Shown here in pieces: positions 40,018 through 48,893 of a DNA stretch of 64,000 bases. The notes under the pieces were generated by a model. That model saw only the letters and a list, made by a program, of their open reading frames with translations. It did not search any database and was not told the origin of the DNA. Numbering within the stretch: position 1 is the first letter of the stretch; each line of letters starts with the position of its first letter. The DNA comes from Tagaea sp. (GTDB taxonomy: Bacteria > Pseudomonadota > Alphaproteobacteria > CACIAM-22H2). A program made the translations under genes and the position numbers. The stretch spans positions 363,998 through 427,997 of the forward strand of contig CBDIIB010000005.1 of NCBI GenBank assembly GCA_965279525.1, given 5' to 3'.

Positions 40018-40727
40018 GCCCCGCCCTTCCATGCCGCGCGCAGCGTGGCGCGCTTCAGCCCCGCGATCGACGCGGTGGGGTTGAGCGATTTGGGGCAGTG
40101 CTCGCGGCACGACTGGTGCGAATGGCAGGCATGGCAGCCCGCGTCGCCGGCGACCGCGTCGAGACGCTCGGCGTTGCCGGCATCGCGCACGTCGTTGACC
40201 AGCGTCCACGCGCGGTTGAGGGCGGCGGGCCCGAGATACTCGGCGTTCCACGCCACGAGATCGCAGGCCGAATAGCACACCGCACAGCCGATGCACTCGA
40301 TGCCCGCGTCGGCGGCTTTTCGTTCGGCACTTGCCGGCTCGACCACCGCGAAATCCGCACCGGCGTCGGCCGAGGGCACGAACCTTCCGCCGGCCTTCGC
40401 CCATTTGTCGAAGAACGGCGCCATGTCGGCGGCGAGATCCTTGATGCGCGGCAGGTTGCGCAGCGGCTCGACCGTCAGCGGGCCGCCTTCCAGACGCGAC
40501 ACGTGCGTGCGGCAGGTCCAGCGAGGCTTGCCGTTTACCGTCATCGCGCACGAGCCGCACATGCCCACGCGGCACGCGAATCGGTACGAGAGCGTCGGGT
40601 CGAGCTTGCGCTGGATATATGTGACCACGTCGAGCACGGTCTGGCTCGCGCGGCGCGGAACGGAAAAGGTCTCGAACCTTCCGTCCGCGCCGCCGCGCCA
40701 GATCCGCGCGTCGATCGTGTCGGCCAC
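40014..40727 (-). CDS. Succinate dehydrogenase / fumarate reductase iron-sulfur subunit-like (SdhB/FrdB-like)
   Basis: 237 aa. 2Fe-2S CRVGMCGSCAM. 4Fe-4S CIGCAVCYSAC and CHACHSHQSCREHCP. Confidence 0.8.
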   Translation of the reverse strand: MADTIDARIWRGGADGRFETFSVPRRASQTVLDVVTYIQRKLDPTLSYRFACRVGMCGSCAMTVNGKPRWTCRTHVSRLEGGPLTVEPLRNLPRIKDLAADMAPFFDKWAKAGGRFVPSADAGADFAVVEPASAERKAADAGIECIGCAVCYSACDLVAWNAEYLGPAALNRAWTLVNDVRDAGNAERLDAVAGDAGCHACHSHQSCREHCPKSLNPTASIAGLKRATLRAAWKGGA

Positions 40728-40734
40728 GAAGGGC

Positions 40735-41943
40735 CTAGGCGCTCTGGTAGAGCTTCGTCATCACGAATTCGCGATGCCCGAGGGCCTCGGCGCAGGTGTA
40801 GCGGCCGTTGCACACGCGGATCATCACGTCGATCAGACGGTCGCCCGCCTCATCGAGATCCATCTCGCGGCGCAGGATGCCGGAGACGTCGAGATCGATA
40901 TGCTCGGGCATCTCGCGCGCGGTCTTCGGGTTCGCCGTGAGCTTGATGACCGGCTCGATCGGGTTGCCGATGACGTTGCCCTGCCCCGTCGGGAACAGGT
41001 GCACGACGAAACCGGCGGCCGCCTGCAGGGTCACGCATTCGGCCGCGGCCGACGACGTGTCCATGAAGTAGAGACCTGCCCCCTTCTTGGGCATCTCGGC
41101 GGGGGCGAGCACGTCCACGTACTTCGTCTTGTGGCCGATCTTCTGGAAATTGCCGAAGGCCTTTTCCTCGATCGTCGTCAGGCCGCCCGCGATGTTGCCC
41201 TTGGTCGGCTGGGATTCCGACAGGTCGCTCGTCTTGAAGCGGTTGATCATGTCCTGGTAGGCGTTGAAGATCGTCATGAACTTGTCGGCGGTCTTCTTGT
41301 CGACCGCGCGCTTGACCATCTCCTTCTCGGCCCCGGTCAGCTCCGAGGTCTCGCCAAAGCACGTGGTGGCACCCAGCGGATCGACCTTGTCGATGAGGTT
41401 GCCGACCGTCGGGCACGAGGCGAGGCCCGACGTGGTGTCGGACTCGCCGCACTTGGTCGAGACCCACAGCTCCTCGATCGTGCACTGCTCGCGCTGCTTC
41501 TCGGTCGCCCACATGACGAACTGCTGCGCCACGCGGCTGGCGGCCTCGATCGTGCGCAGGTCGCCGTTGCCTTCGATGGCGAAGCCCTGCACGGGCTTGC
41601 CGGTCTTGGCGATGCCTTCGACCACGCGGCCCGTCCAGCCCGGCTCGATGCCGATGACGACGACGGCCGCGACGTTGGCGTTGCAGCCGGTGCCGATCAG
41701 CGTGCGGAAGTGGAGTGCGAGATCCTCGCCGAACTGCAGGCGCCCGTAGGCGTGCGGCAGCGCCATCGTGCCCTTGATGTTGTTGGCGACGGCTTCGGCC
41801 GCCGCGTTCGACAGGTCGTCGAGCGGCAGGATGATGACGTGGTTGCGGATGCCGACACGCCCGTTTTCGCGGCGATAGCCCATGAAGGGCAGCTTGCCGG
41901 TGTTCTTCGAGCGCTTCTTGATGATCGCGGGGGCCTTGGCCAT
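40735..41943 (-). CDS. UxaA-family dehydratase large subunit (altronate hydrolase C-terminal domain. SuyB-like (2R)-sulfolactate sulfo-lyase beta).
   Basis: 402 aa, UxaA C-terminal catalytic domain only. Paired with a separate SAF-domain small subunit upstream, as in SuyAB. Confidence 0.65.
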   Translation of the reverse strand: MAKAPAIIKKRSKNTGKLPFMGYRRENGRVGIRNHVIILPLDDLSNAAAEAVANNIKGTMALPHAYGRLQFGEDLALHFRTLIGTGCNANVAAVVVIGIEPGWTGRVVEGIAKTGKPVQGFAIEGNGDLRTIEAASRVAQQFVMWATEKQREQCTIEELWVSTKCGESDTTSGLASCPTVGNLIDKVDPLGATTCFGETSELTGAEKEMVKRAVDKKTADKFMTIFNAYQDMINRFKTSDLSESQPTKGNIAGGLTTIEEKAFGNFQKIGHKTKYVDVLAPAEMPKKGAGLYFMDTSSAAAECVTLQAAAGFVVHLFPTGQGNVIGNPIEPVIKLTANPKTAREMPEHIDLDVSGILRREMDLDEAGDRLIDVMIRVCNGRYTCAEALGHREFVMTKLYQSA

Positions 41944-41956
41944 GTCGATCTCTCCC

Positions 41957-42241
41957 TTACCAGCGCTTGGTTTTCATGTTGTGGATATGGACGTGGTCGC
42001 CCTTCTTGGTATCCGCGACGACCTTGCCGATGTCGTGCCCGTACTTGATCACGGTGTCGCCCTTCTTGAGGTCGACCATCGCGATCTTGTGGCCGAGCGG
42101 AATGGCCTTGAGCGCCTTCACGCGCACGGTCCCGTCGCCTTCCATGAGCCAGCCTTCGAGGGCGGCACCCGGCTTGACGGTTTCGACGACGATGACACCG
42201 ACGGTGTCCTTCTTGTCGTGGACGATGAATTGGGTCGCCAT
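41957..42241 (-). CDS. SAF-domain small subunit (UxaA N-terminal domain. SuyA-like sulfo-lyase alpha).
   Basis: 94 aa [30 protein letters not shown]... SAF/flagellar-FlgA-like fold immediately upstream of the UxaA large subunit. Confidence 0.65.
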   Translation of the reverse strand: MATQFIVHDKKDTVGVIVVETVKPGAALEGWLMEGDGTVRVKALKAIPLGHKIAMVDLKKGDTVIKYGHDIGKVVADTKKGDHVHIHNMKTKRW

Positions 42242-42315
42242 TTCCCCCTCGCGGTTTTTATGGGTTGTCGGATGGTCGCGAACGCTACGCCCGGCTTGCG
42301 CGACCCGTCAACCGG

Positions 42316-42329
42316 GTCTTATATAAGAC
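42316..42329. promoter_or_regulatory. Perfect 14-bp palindrome GTCTTATATAAGAC (GntR-type operator consensus GT-N10-AC) 9 nt upstream of the gntR ATG
   Basis: Read directly. Lies in the 96-nt divergent intergenic region between the SuyA-like gene and the gntR gene. Confidence 0.7.
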
Positions 42330-42337
42330 TCGAGATC

Positions 42338-43051
42338 ATGGAAACGCGCCCGCTCTACCGCCAGATCAAGGAAGCGCTGATGCGCCGTCTCGTCGACGGG
42401 CGCTGGCGTGCGGGCGAGCTGATCCCGTCCGAGCATGCGCTCGCATCCGAGCTTGGCGTGAGCCAGGGCACGGTGCGCCGGTCGCTCGACGAGCTGGCCC
42501 GCGCCAACCTCGTCGTGCGCCGGCAGGGCAAGGGCACGTTCGTGGCCGAGCACACGCGCGAGCGCGCCCTGTTCCACTTCTTCCATCTGGTCGGCGACGA
42601 CGGCAAGCGGGCTTTGCCCGGCAGCCGCGTGCTGGCCGTCAAGGCGGGGCCGGCCTCGCGCGAGGAAGCGCGCCGGCTCGAACTTGCCGCCGGCGCGAAA
42701 GTGGTGCGGCTCCATCGCCTGCGCATGCTCGACGGGCGTGCCGCGATCGTCGAGCGCATCGTGCTGCCGGCCACCCTTTATGACGGGATCGAACGGCTCG
42801 ACCGCGCGGGCCTGCCCAACGAGCTCTACAAGCTCTACCAGGACCGCTACGGCGTGTCGGTCGCGCGCGCGGCCGAAAAACTGAAGGCCGCCCCGGCGGG
42901 GCCGGAAGATGCCGCACATCTGGGCCTGCGCAGCGGGGCGGCCGTGCTGGAGATCGACCGGATCGCCTACGCGCTCGACGGCAGGCCCTGCGAATGGCGG
43001 GTATCCCGCTGCGATACGGCCGCCCACCACTACGTTTCCGAAGTGGTCTAG
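42338..43051 (+). CDS. GntR-family transcriptional regulator (HutC/UTRA subfamily)
   Basis: 237 aa. Winged HTH (LIPSEHALASELGVSQGTVRRSLDELA) and UTRA effector domain. Transcribed divergently from the 19-gene operon. Confidence 0.85.
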   Translation: METRPLYRQIKEALMRRLVDGRWRAGELIPSEHALASELGVSQGTVRRSLDELARANLVVRRQGKGTFVAEHTRERALFHFFHLVGDDGKRALPGSRVLAVKAGPASREEARRLELAAGAKVVRLHRLRMLDGRAAIVERIVLPATLYDGIERLDRAGLPNELYKLYQDRYGVSVARAAEKLKAAPAGPEDAAHLGLRSGAAVLEIDRIAYALDGRPCEWRVSRCDTAAHHYVSEVV

Positions 43052-43061
43052 AATCCCGGCC

Positions 43062-44195
43062 ATGGCGAGTCCCGAGGAAATCCGCAACGGCCTGCGCGAA
43101 CTGGATTTCGCGCTCCACGCCGCGTGGAAGCTCGGCCAGCACATGGTCGCGGGCTGGATGCACGAGGCCAACGTGGTGGCGATCTGCGCCGCCCCGGTGT
43201 GGCGCGTGCTGGCCGAAGCGCCCAACGTGCCGCGCATCCTGTCGGGCGGCCGGCACATGGGGGCATCGACCTTCGGAGAGGTGTGCAAGGCGCTGCAGGC
43301 GCGGCCCATCCGCGTCGACCTGCCCTTCACGGTGGGCGAGAACAAGGGCGAGATCGACCCGCAGGTGATCGACCAGGTCGTGCGCCGCTACGGCGTGTCG
43401 CGCTCGGAACACCGCGCCGTCATGCTGTTCGACATCGTCGGTTTCTCGAAGGTCGATCCGCTGGCGCAGATGGCCCAACTTGCCTCGCTCGAATTCTCGA
43501 TCAACAACGCGGCCAAGAAGCTTTCGGAAGCCGGGCTCGACGTGGAACTGGCGCGCTCGACGGTCGGCGACGGGTTCTATGTGTGGAACCGCGCGCGCGG
43601 CTTCGAGGCGGACCTTCGCACCTATGCCGCGATGGTGCTGATCCTGGCCGACAACGCGGTCGCGCGCACGCGCGGCGAGGCGCGCTTCGTGCCGGTGATG
43701 CGCACGTGCTTCTCGATCGGCAGCCACTACGCCTACCACCAGATCGAAGGCACGCGGCCACGCGGCTTCGAATATCTCGTGGGCGAGGTGACGATCCAGC
43801 TCGCGCGCCTGATCGGCAAGGCCCTCGCCAACCAGGTCTGCATCGGCAGCTTCGTGCGGCCGACCGAGCCGCCGGTCGTGCGCAACCTCGACACGATCCT
43901 GTTCCTGGCGCGCGCCGAAAAGCTGCTCGAGAAGCTGCAGGGCCTGTCGATCGGCGGCTACGCGATTTCCCGCGTGCGCAGCCAGGTCACCGGCGGCAAA
44001 GTCGGCGAGGCGACGCTGCCGGTGGTCATGCACCGCATCGTCGACAAGCACGGCTACAACCACGACCTGTTCAACGCGCGCGTGCTGGTCCAGCGCGACG
44101 AGACCGACCCGATCGTCGTGGGATTGAAGCCCGAGGATCTGGGCGAGTTCGAGGCGGCGGCATTGCCTTACAGGCTGCCCGATCCGGCGGCCTGA
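43062..44195 (+). CDS. Hypothetical protein with divergent class-III nucleotidyl-cyclase homology (CHD)-like core
   Basis: 377 aa. RAVMLFDIVGFSKV and TVGDGFYVWN resemble CHD beta1 (FxDIxGFT) and the metal/transition-state GDGxxAxF motifs. No other domain recognised. Confidence 0.45.
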   Translation: MASPEEIRNGLRELDFALHAAWKLGQHMVAGWMHEANVVAICAAPVWRVLAEAPNVPRILSGGRHMGASTFGEVCKALQARPIRVDLPFTVGENKGEIDPQVIDQVVRRYGVSRSEHRAVMLFDIVGFSKVDPLAQMAQLASLEFSINNAAKKLSEAGLDVELARSTVGDGFYVWNRARGFEADLRTYAAMVLILADNAVARTRGEARFVPVMRTCFSIGSHYAYHQIEGTRPRGFEYLVGEVTIQLARLIGKALANQVCIGSFVRPTEPPVVRNLDTILFLARAEKLLEKLQGLSIGGYAISRVRSQVTGGKVGEATLPVVMHRIVDKHGYNHDLFNARVLVQRDETDPIVVGLKPEDLGEFEAAALPYRLPDPAA

Positions 44196-45637
44196 CCGGG
44201 GGGTGCTTGCGAGTCGGCGAAGGCGATGCGGACTTTCAGGCCGCACCCCGAATCGCCGTCGGAAAGCGTCAATGTCGCGCCGTGCGACCGGCAAATGTCC
44301 GCGACGATCGCCAGTCCCAGTCCCGAGCCGTGGCGGTCACCCTCACCGCGCGTGGGTATCCGGTAAAATGGTTCGAGGACCCGCTCGCGTTCGGCTGGCG
44401 GAATTCCCGATCCGCTGTCCACGATCTCGATCGCGGCAGCCGGATCATGCAGGATCCGCACGACGACGGACCCGCCCGCCGGCGTGTACCGGATCGCGTT
44501 GTCGACCAGATTGACGATGGCCTCGTGCACGAGGACGGCATTGCCCTGCACGCTCCGCTCGCGGGCCGCCTGGACGTCGAGGGTCATCGCAATCCGCTTC
44601 TTCACGGCGGCCGGCGCGAGTTCGAGGCAGACCTGCCGCGCGATGTCCTCGAGCCGGATCGCGGAAAGCTCGCCGATCGCGCCGACCTGTTCGACACGGG
44701 CCAGGCTGAGAAGCTGGTTGGACAGCCGGACCGCCTGGTCGGTCGTGGCGCCCAGGGCGCGCAGGATGTCCCGCACCGATGCCGGGTCGTCGGCGCGCAG
44801 TGCCAGCTCCGAATTGGTCTTCAGCAGCGTCAGTGGCGTGCGCAGCTGATGCGACGCATCGGCGATGAATCGCCGCTGCCGGTCGATCAGCCGCCGCGAG
44901 ACGGCCATATAGTGGTTGATCGCGTCGATGAGCGGACGCACCTCCTTGTGGACGATGTTCGGATCGATCTGCGCCAGCTCCGTCGGCTCCCTGCGTTCGA
45001 CCTCTTGGCGCAGCCGGACCAGCGGACCGAGTGCAAGCCGCAAGGCGAACAGCGCGAGCAGCGCCTGGACGACGACGAGGAGCGTCAAGCGCCAGAGCGA
45101 GTCCGTCAGGATGTCGCGCGTCAGCAGATTGCGGGCGTCGAGTGTCTCGCCGACCTGGATGAGCGCCATGCCGCGCACGGTGCCGTCATAGATCGGCTGA
45201 TGGAGTGCCGCGACCCGCAGCGCGTGCCCGTCGTAGGTCTCGTCGTAGAAATGCACGAGTGCGGGATACGCGTCCGATCTCGGCGTTCCGGCCGGCACCG
45301 GCGGCAGGTCGCCGTAACCGGAAATGAACTCGCCCGCGATCCCCGTGATCTTGTAGTAGAGGCGCCCCGGCGAATCGGACTCGAATATGTCGAGCGCCAC
45401 GTACGGCACGTCGACGACGACGCGCCCGTCGAGCATCTGGACCCGTTCGGAGATCGCCCGAGCCGTCGCAAGCAGCGTCCTGTCGTAGGCGAAGTTGACC
45501 GCGGCGTGGACGTTTCCGTAGATCACGATCGAATTCACGACGATCAGTCCGGCCAGCGGCACAAGCAGCCATCGCATCAGCTGTCCGCGCAGGCTGCCGA
45601 GCGGACGGCGTGGCCCCGTCGCCTTGACGTCAGGCAT
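44168..45637 (-). CDS. Sensor histidine kinase (TctE/QseC-like)
   Basis: 489 aa. N-terminal SLRGQLMRWLLVPL pattern, 2 TM, HAMP. H-box FIADASHQLRTPL. G-boxes DSGSGIP / GSGLGLAIV. Confidence 0.85.
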   Translation of the reverse strand: MPDVKATGPRRPLGSLRGQLMRWLLVPLAGLIVVNSIVIYGNVHAAVNFAYDRTLLATARAISERVQMLDGRVVVDVPYVALDIFESDSPGRLYYKITGIAGEFISGYGDLPPVPAGTPRSDAYPALVHFYDETYDGHALRVAALHQPIYDGTVRGMALIQVGETLDARNLLTRDILTDSLWRLTLLVVVQALLALFALRLALGPLVRLRQEVERREPTELAQIDPNIVHKEVRPLIDAINHYMAVSRRLIDRQRRFIADASHQLRTPLTLLKTNSELALRADDPASVRDILRALGATTDQAVRLSNQLLSLARVEQVGAIGELSAIRLEDIARQVCLELAPAAVKKRIAMTLDVQAARERSVQGNAVLVHEAIVNLVDNAIRYTPAGGSVVVRILHDPAAAIEIVDSGSGIPPAERERVLEPFYRIPTRGEGDRHGSGLGLAIVADICRSHGATLTLSDGDSGCGLKVRIAFADSQAPPGQAAGSGSL

Positions 45638-46301
45638 CCGCGATCTCCAGCAGGTAGCCGATGCCCCGCAGGGTGACGATCTTGACGCCGCTGCCTTCAA
45701 GCTTCCGGCGGATGCGGTGGACATAGATCTCGATCGCATCCGGACTGGCGTCCGCATCCGATACGAAAATGCTTTCGAACAGGCGGTCCTTGCTGACCGC
45801 CTTGCCGGGGCGCGCGATCAGGAGCTCGAGCACCGCGCGTTCGCGCGGTGTAAAGACGAGCGGAACGCCCGCGCACGAGAAGGTGCGCTCGACGCTGTCG
45901 AAGACCAGGTTTCCGCACGCGATCAGGGCGGTGCCGTGGCCGTGGCTGCGCCTCAGAAGGGCCTTGGCCCGGGCTTCAAGCTCGGTGAGTTCGAAGGGCT
46001 TGGCGAGATAGTCGTCGGCGCCGAGATTCAGCCCCTGCACCCGGTCCGTGACCGACCCCCGCGCCGTAAGCACGAGGACGGGCGTGTCGCCGCCACGCGC
46101 GCGCAGCCGCTTCAGCACTTCCAGCCCGTCGAGGTCCGGCAGGGTCAGATCGAGTATCGCGAGCGCGTAGCTCTGGTCCCGGAGAAGCGCGTCGGCGTCG
46201 AGGCCATTGTCGGCGCACTCCACGGTAAAGCCGGCGTCGCGAAGCGCTCTCGCGAGCGAACGGGCCAGATCGCCATGGTCTTCCACGAGCAGAATTCGCA
46301 T
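45630..46301 (-). CDS. OmpR-family response regulator (TctD-like)
   Basis: 223 aa, receiver (MRILLVEDHGDLA...LDLTLPDLDG) plus winged-helix output. Confidence 0.85.
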   Translation of the reverse strand: MRILLVEDHGDLARSLARALRDAGFTVECADNGLDADALLRDQSYALAILDLTLPDLDGLEVLKRLRARGGDTPVLVLTARGSVTDRVQGLNLGADDYLAKPFELTELEARAKALLRRSHGHGTALIACGNLVFDSVERTFSCAGVPLVFTPRERAVLELLIARPGKAVSKDRLFESIFVSDADASPDAIEIYVHRIRRKLEGSGVKIVTLRGIGYLLEIADA

Positions 46302-46393
46302 CGATCTTACCCGCGCGCCAGGACGGACACGGTGATAGAGTTATCGCGGCGCCGACCAAGCCTCAAGATTCGTTTCAAAAATGGAGCATCCGG

Positions 46394-47356
46394 GTGGTTA
46401 GCCGACTGATCTGGGCCTTCGTTTGTGCCGTCGTGGCGGCGATCGCCCTTCCGGCGATCGCCCGCGCGGCGGGGCCCGAATGCATAGCGCCTGCCCGGCA
46501 GGGTGGCGGATTCGACCTGACCTGCCGGCTTGCGCAAGCGGGACTTGGCGAAGACGTCGGCTTGCGCGTCACCTACATGCCCGGCGGCGTAGGTGCTGTC
46601 GCGTACAACATGGTCGTCGCGCAGCGAACCGCCGAGCGCGACACGATCGTCGCATTTTCCGGCGGCTCTCTCCTCAATCTCGCCCAAGGCAAGTTCGGCA
46701 AGTTCTCCGGCCGCGAAGTCAGATGGATAGCGGCGATCGGTGCCGACTACGGGATGGTCGCGGTCCGCGCCGACGCGCCCTACCGGAGCCTTCAGGACCT
46801 GATCGGTGCCGTCAAGAAGTCGCCGAGGAAACGCGTGTTCGGCGGCGGCGGCACAGTCGGCAGCCAGGACTGGATGAAGGCGGCCGCACTCCTGCGCATG
46901 GCGAATGTCGACCACAGGGCGTTTCCCTACGTCTCGTTCGAAGGCGGCGGCGAGGCATCGACGGCACTGCTGAGCGGACACGTGCAGGTATACACAGGCG
47001 ACGTCTCGGAAGTCGGCCAGCTCTGGCGCGAGGGCCGGATCCGCATCCTCGCGGTCCTTTCCGACACGCGTCTTGCCGGCGAAATGGCGTCGATACCGAC
47101 GGCCCGTGAGCAGGGCTATCCGCTTGCGTGGCCGACCGTGCGGGGGTTCTACATGGGGCCCAATGTCGATCCGGGGGACTACGAGCGTTGGGTCGGACGG
47201 TTCAGGGAAATGCTCGCAAGCGAGAAATTCCGCGACGCCCGGCTTGCCAGCGCTCTCCTCCCGTTCGACAGGACCAGCGACGATCTTGCTCAGTATGTCG
47301 AACGCTCGATCGCCGAGTACCGCGAGCTCGCGCGGACATTCGGACTGGCTAACTGA
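46394..47356 (+). CDS. tctC: Tripartite tricarboxylate transporter substrate-binding protein (TctC/Bug family)
   Basis: 320 aa with signal peptide. Bug-family core (GGGFDLTCRL...GGGGTVGSQDW). Confidence 0.8.
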   Translation: MVSRLIWAFVCAVVAAIALPAIARAAGPECIAPARQGGGFDLTCRLAQAGLGEDVGLRVTYMPGGVGAVAYNMVVAQRTAERDTIVAFSGGSLLNLAQGKFGKFSGREVRWIAAIGADYGMVAVRADAPYRSLQDLIGAVKKSPRKRVFGGGGTVGSQDWMKAAALLRMANVDHRAFPYVSFEGGGEASTALLSGHVQVYTGDVSEVGQLWREGRIRILAVLSDTRLAGEMASIPTAREQGYPLAWPTVRGFYMGPNVDPGDYERWVGRFREMLASEKFRDARLASALLPFDRTSDDLAQYVERSIAEYRELARTFGLAN

Positions 47357-47384
47357 CCGGCGCACGAAGGGGCCAACGACGTCC

Positions 47385-48890
47385 CTAACCCACGCGATCG
47401 CGTCGCTCGCTGCGCGCACGCCACCGGTTCACTAGCGCCGGTGCGAACACGATCACCACCGCGCAGCACCAGAGGACCTGGGAAATGCTGCTCTCGACGA
47501 GGATCGAAAGTTCGCCGCCGCTGATCGCCAGCGCGTTGCGCAGGTTCTTCTCCGCGACGTCGCCGAGAACGAAGCCGAGGACGATGGGAGCCAGGTCGAA
47601 CTCCAGCTTCCGGGCGAGATACCCGAACACGCCGACCCCGAGCATCAGGACGATCGAGAATACGCTCGAATAGGCGCTGTAGACGCCGAGGAACGACAGC
47701 ACGAGGATGCCCGGCAGCAGGACCCAGTTGGGGACGGTCAGCATGCGCACGAACAGGCCGATCATCGGCAGGTTCATCAGCAGCAGGATCACGTTGCCGA
47801 TATACATCGACGCGATGAGTCCGCCCGCCAGTTCGGGTCTGTCGGTGAAGAGCTGCGGCCCGGGCATGATGTTATAGAGCATCAGGGCGCCCAGCATCAC
47901 CGCGGTGGTCCCGCTGCCGGGTACGCCCAGCGTGAGCATCGGGACGAACGCGCCGCCGGCGGCCGCGTTGTTCGCGGCCTCGGGGGCGGCAAGCCCGCGT
48001 ACGTCGCCCTTGCCGAACGTGCCACGGTCGAGCAGCCGCTTTTCGGTCGTGTAGGAGATCGCGCTGGCGACCGACGCGCCGGTCCCGGGCAACACGCCGA
48101 CGACGAAGCCGATCCCGGTCGAGCGCAGGGTCGGCCAGATGCAGGCGCGCAGGTCTGCCCAGCTTGGAAAGCCCTTCCCGACCTTGACCGGCTTCAGGCG
48201 GCCGTGGAATTCCTTCTCGAGCATCAGCAGGACCTCGCTGATCGAGAACAGGCCGATCACCAGGATGATGAACTCGATCCCGTCGTAGAGTTCCGGCTCG
48301 TCGAACGTGAAGCGGTAGGCACCGGAGGTCGGATCGAGCCCGATCGTGGCGAGCATGAGGCCGATCGTGCAGCCGATCATCGTCTTGACCGGCTCGGCAC
48401 CGACCATCGAGCTCAACGTCGCGAACGCGAACACCATCAGCACGAAGTACTCGGCCGGTCCGAAGCCGATCGCGAGTTTTCCGAGCAGCGGCGCGAAGAG
48501 CGTCAACCCGACGACCGCGAGCATTCCGCCGACGAACGAACTGATGGCGCTTATCGCCAGCGCCTCCGCGGCACGCCCCTGCCGCGCCATCGGATAGCCG
48601 TCGAGTGCCGTCATCACGGCACCGGCATCGCCGGGTACGTTCAGCAGGATCGATGATATCCGACCGCCGTATTCGGCGCCGTAATAGATGCCGGCGAGAA
48701 GAATCATCGTGCTCTCGGCCGGCACGCCGAGGGTGTAGAGAAGCGGCAGCAGCAGCGCGATTCCGTTGATCGGCCCGATCGCGGGCAGAGCGCCGACGAT
48801 CGTGCCGAGGAAGCAGCCGGCAAGCCCGTAGAGCAGATTCTGCCACTGGAGGGCGACGCCGAATCCGGTCCAGAGATAGTCGAGCGACAT
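47385..48890 (-). CDS. tctA: Tripartite tricarboxylate transporter permease TctA
   Basis: 501 aa polytopic membrane protein with TctA family sequence ([10 protein letters not shown]...[15 protein letters not shown]). Confidence 0.85.
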   Translation of the reverse strand: MSLDYLWTGFGVALQWQNLLYGLAGCFLGTIVGALPAIGPINGIALLLPLLYTLGVPAESTMILLAGIYYGAEYGGRISSILLNVPGDAGAVMTALDGYPMARQGRAAEALAISAISSFVGGMLAVVGLTLFAPLLGKLAIGFGPAEYFVLMVFAFATLSSMVGAEPVKTMIGCTIGLMLATIGLDPTSGAYRFTFDEPELYDGIEFIILVIGLFSISEVLLMLEKEFHGRLKPVKVGKGFPSWADLRACIWPTLRSTGIGFVVGVLPGTGASVASAISYTTEKRLLDRGTFGKGDVRGLAAPEAANNAAAGGAFVPMLTLGVPGSGTTAVMLGALMLYNIMPGPQLFTDRPELAGGLIASMYIGNVILLLMNLPMIGLFVRMLTVPNWVLLPGILVLSFLGVYSAYSSVFSIVLMLGVGVFGYLARKLEFDLAPIVLGFVLGDVAEKNLRNALAISGGELSILVESSISQVLWCCAVVIVFAPALVNRWRARSERRDRVG

Positions 48891-48893
48891 CGT

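Noticed and set aside
43062-44195. Pycsar/CBASS-like anti-phage signalling interpretation of the CHD-like protein
   Set aside because: No adjacent effector gene (TIR, TM, phospholipase, nuclease). Neighbours are a GntR regulator and a two-component system. Kept only as 'cyclase-fold protein of unknown role'.
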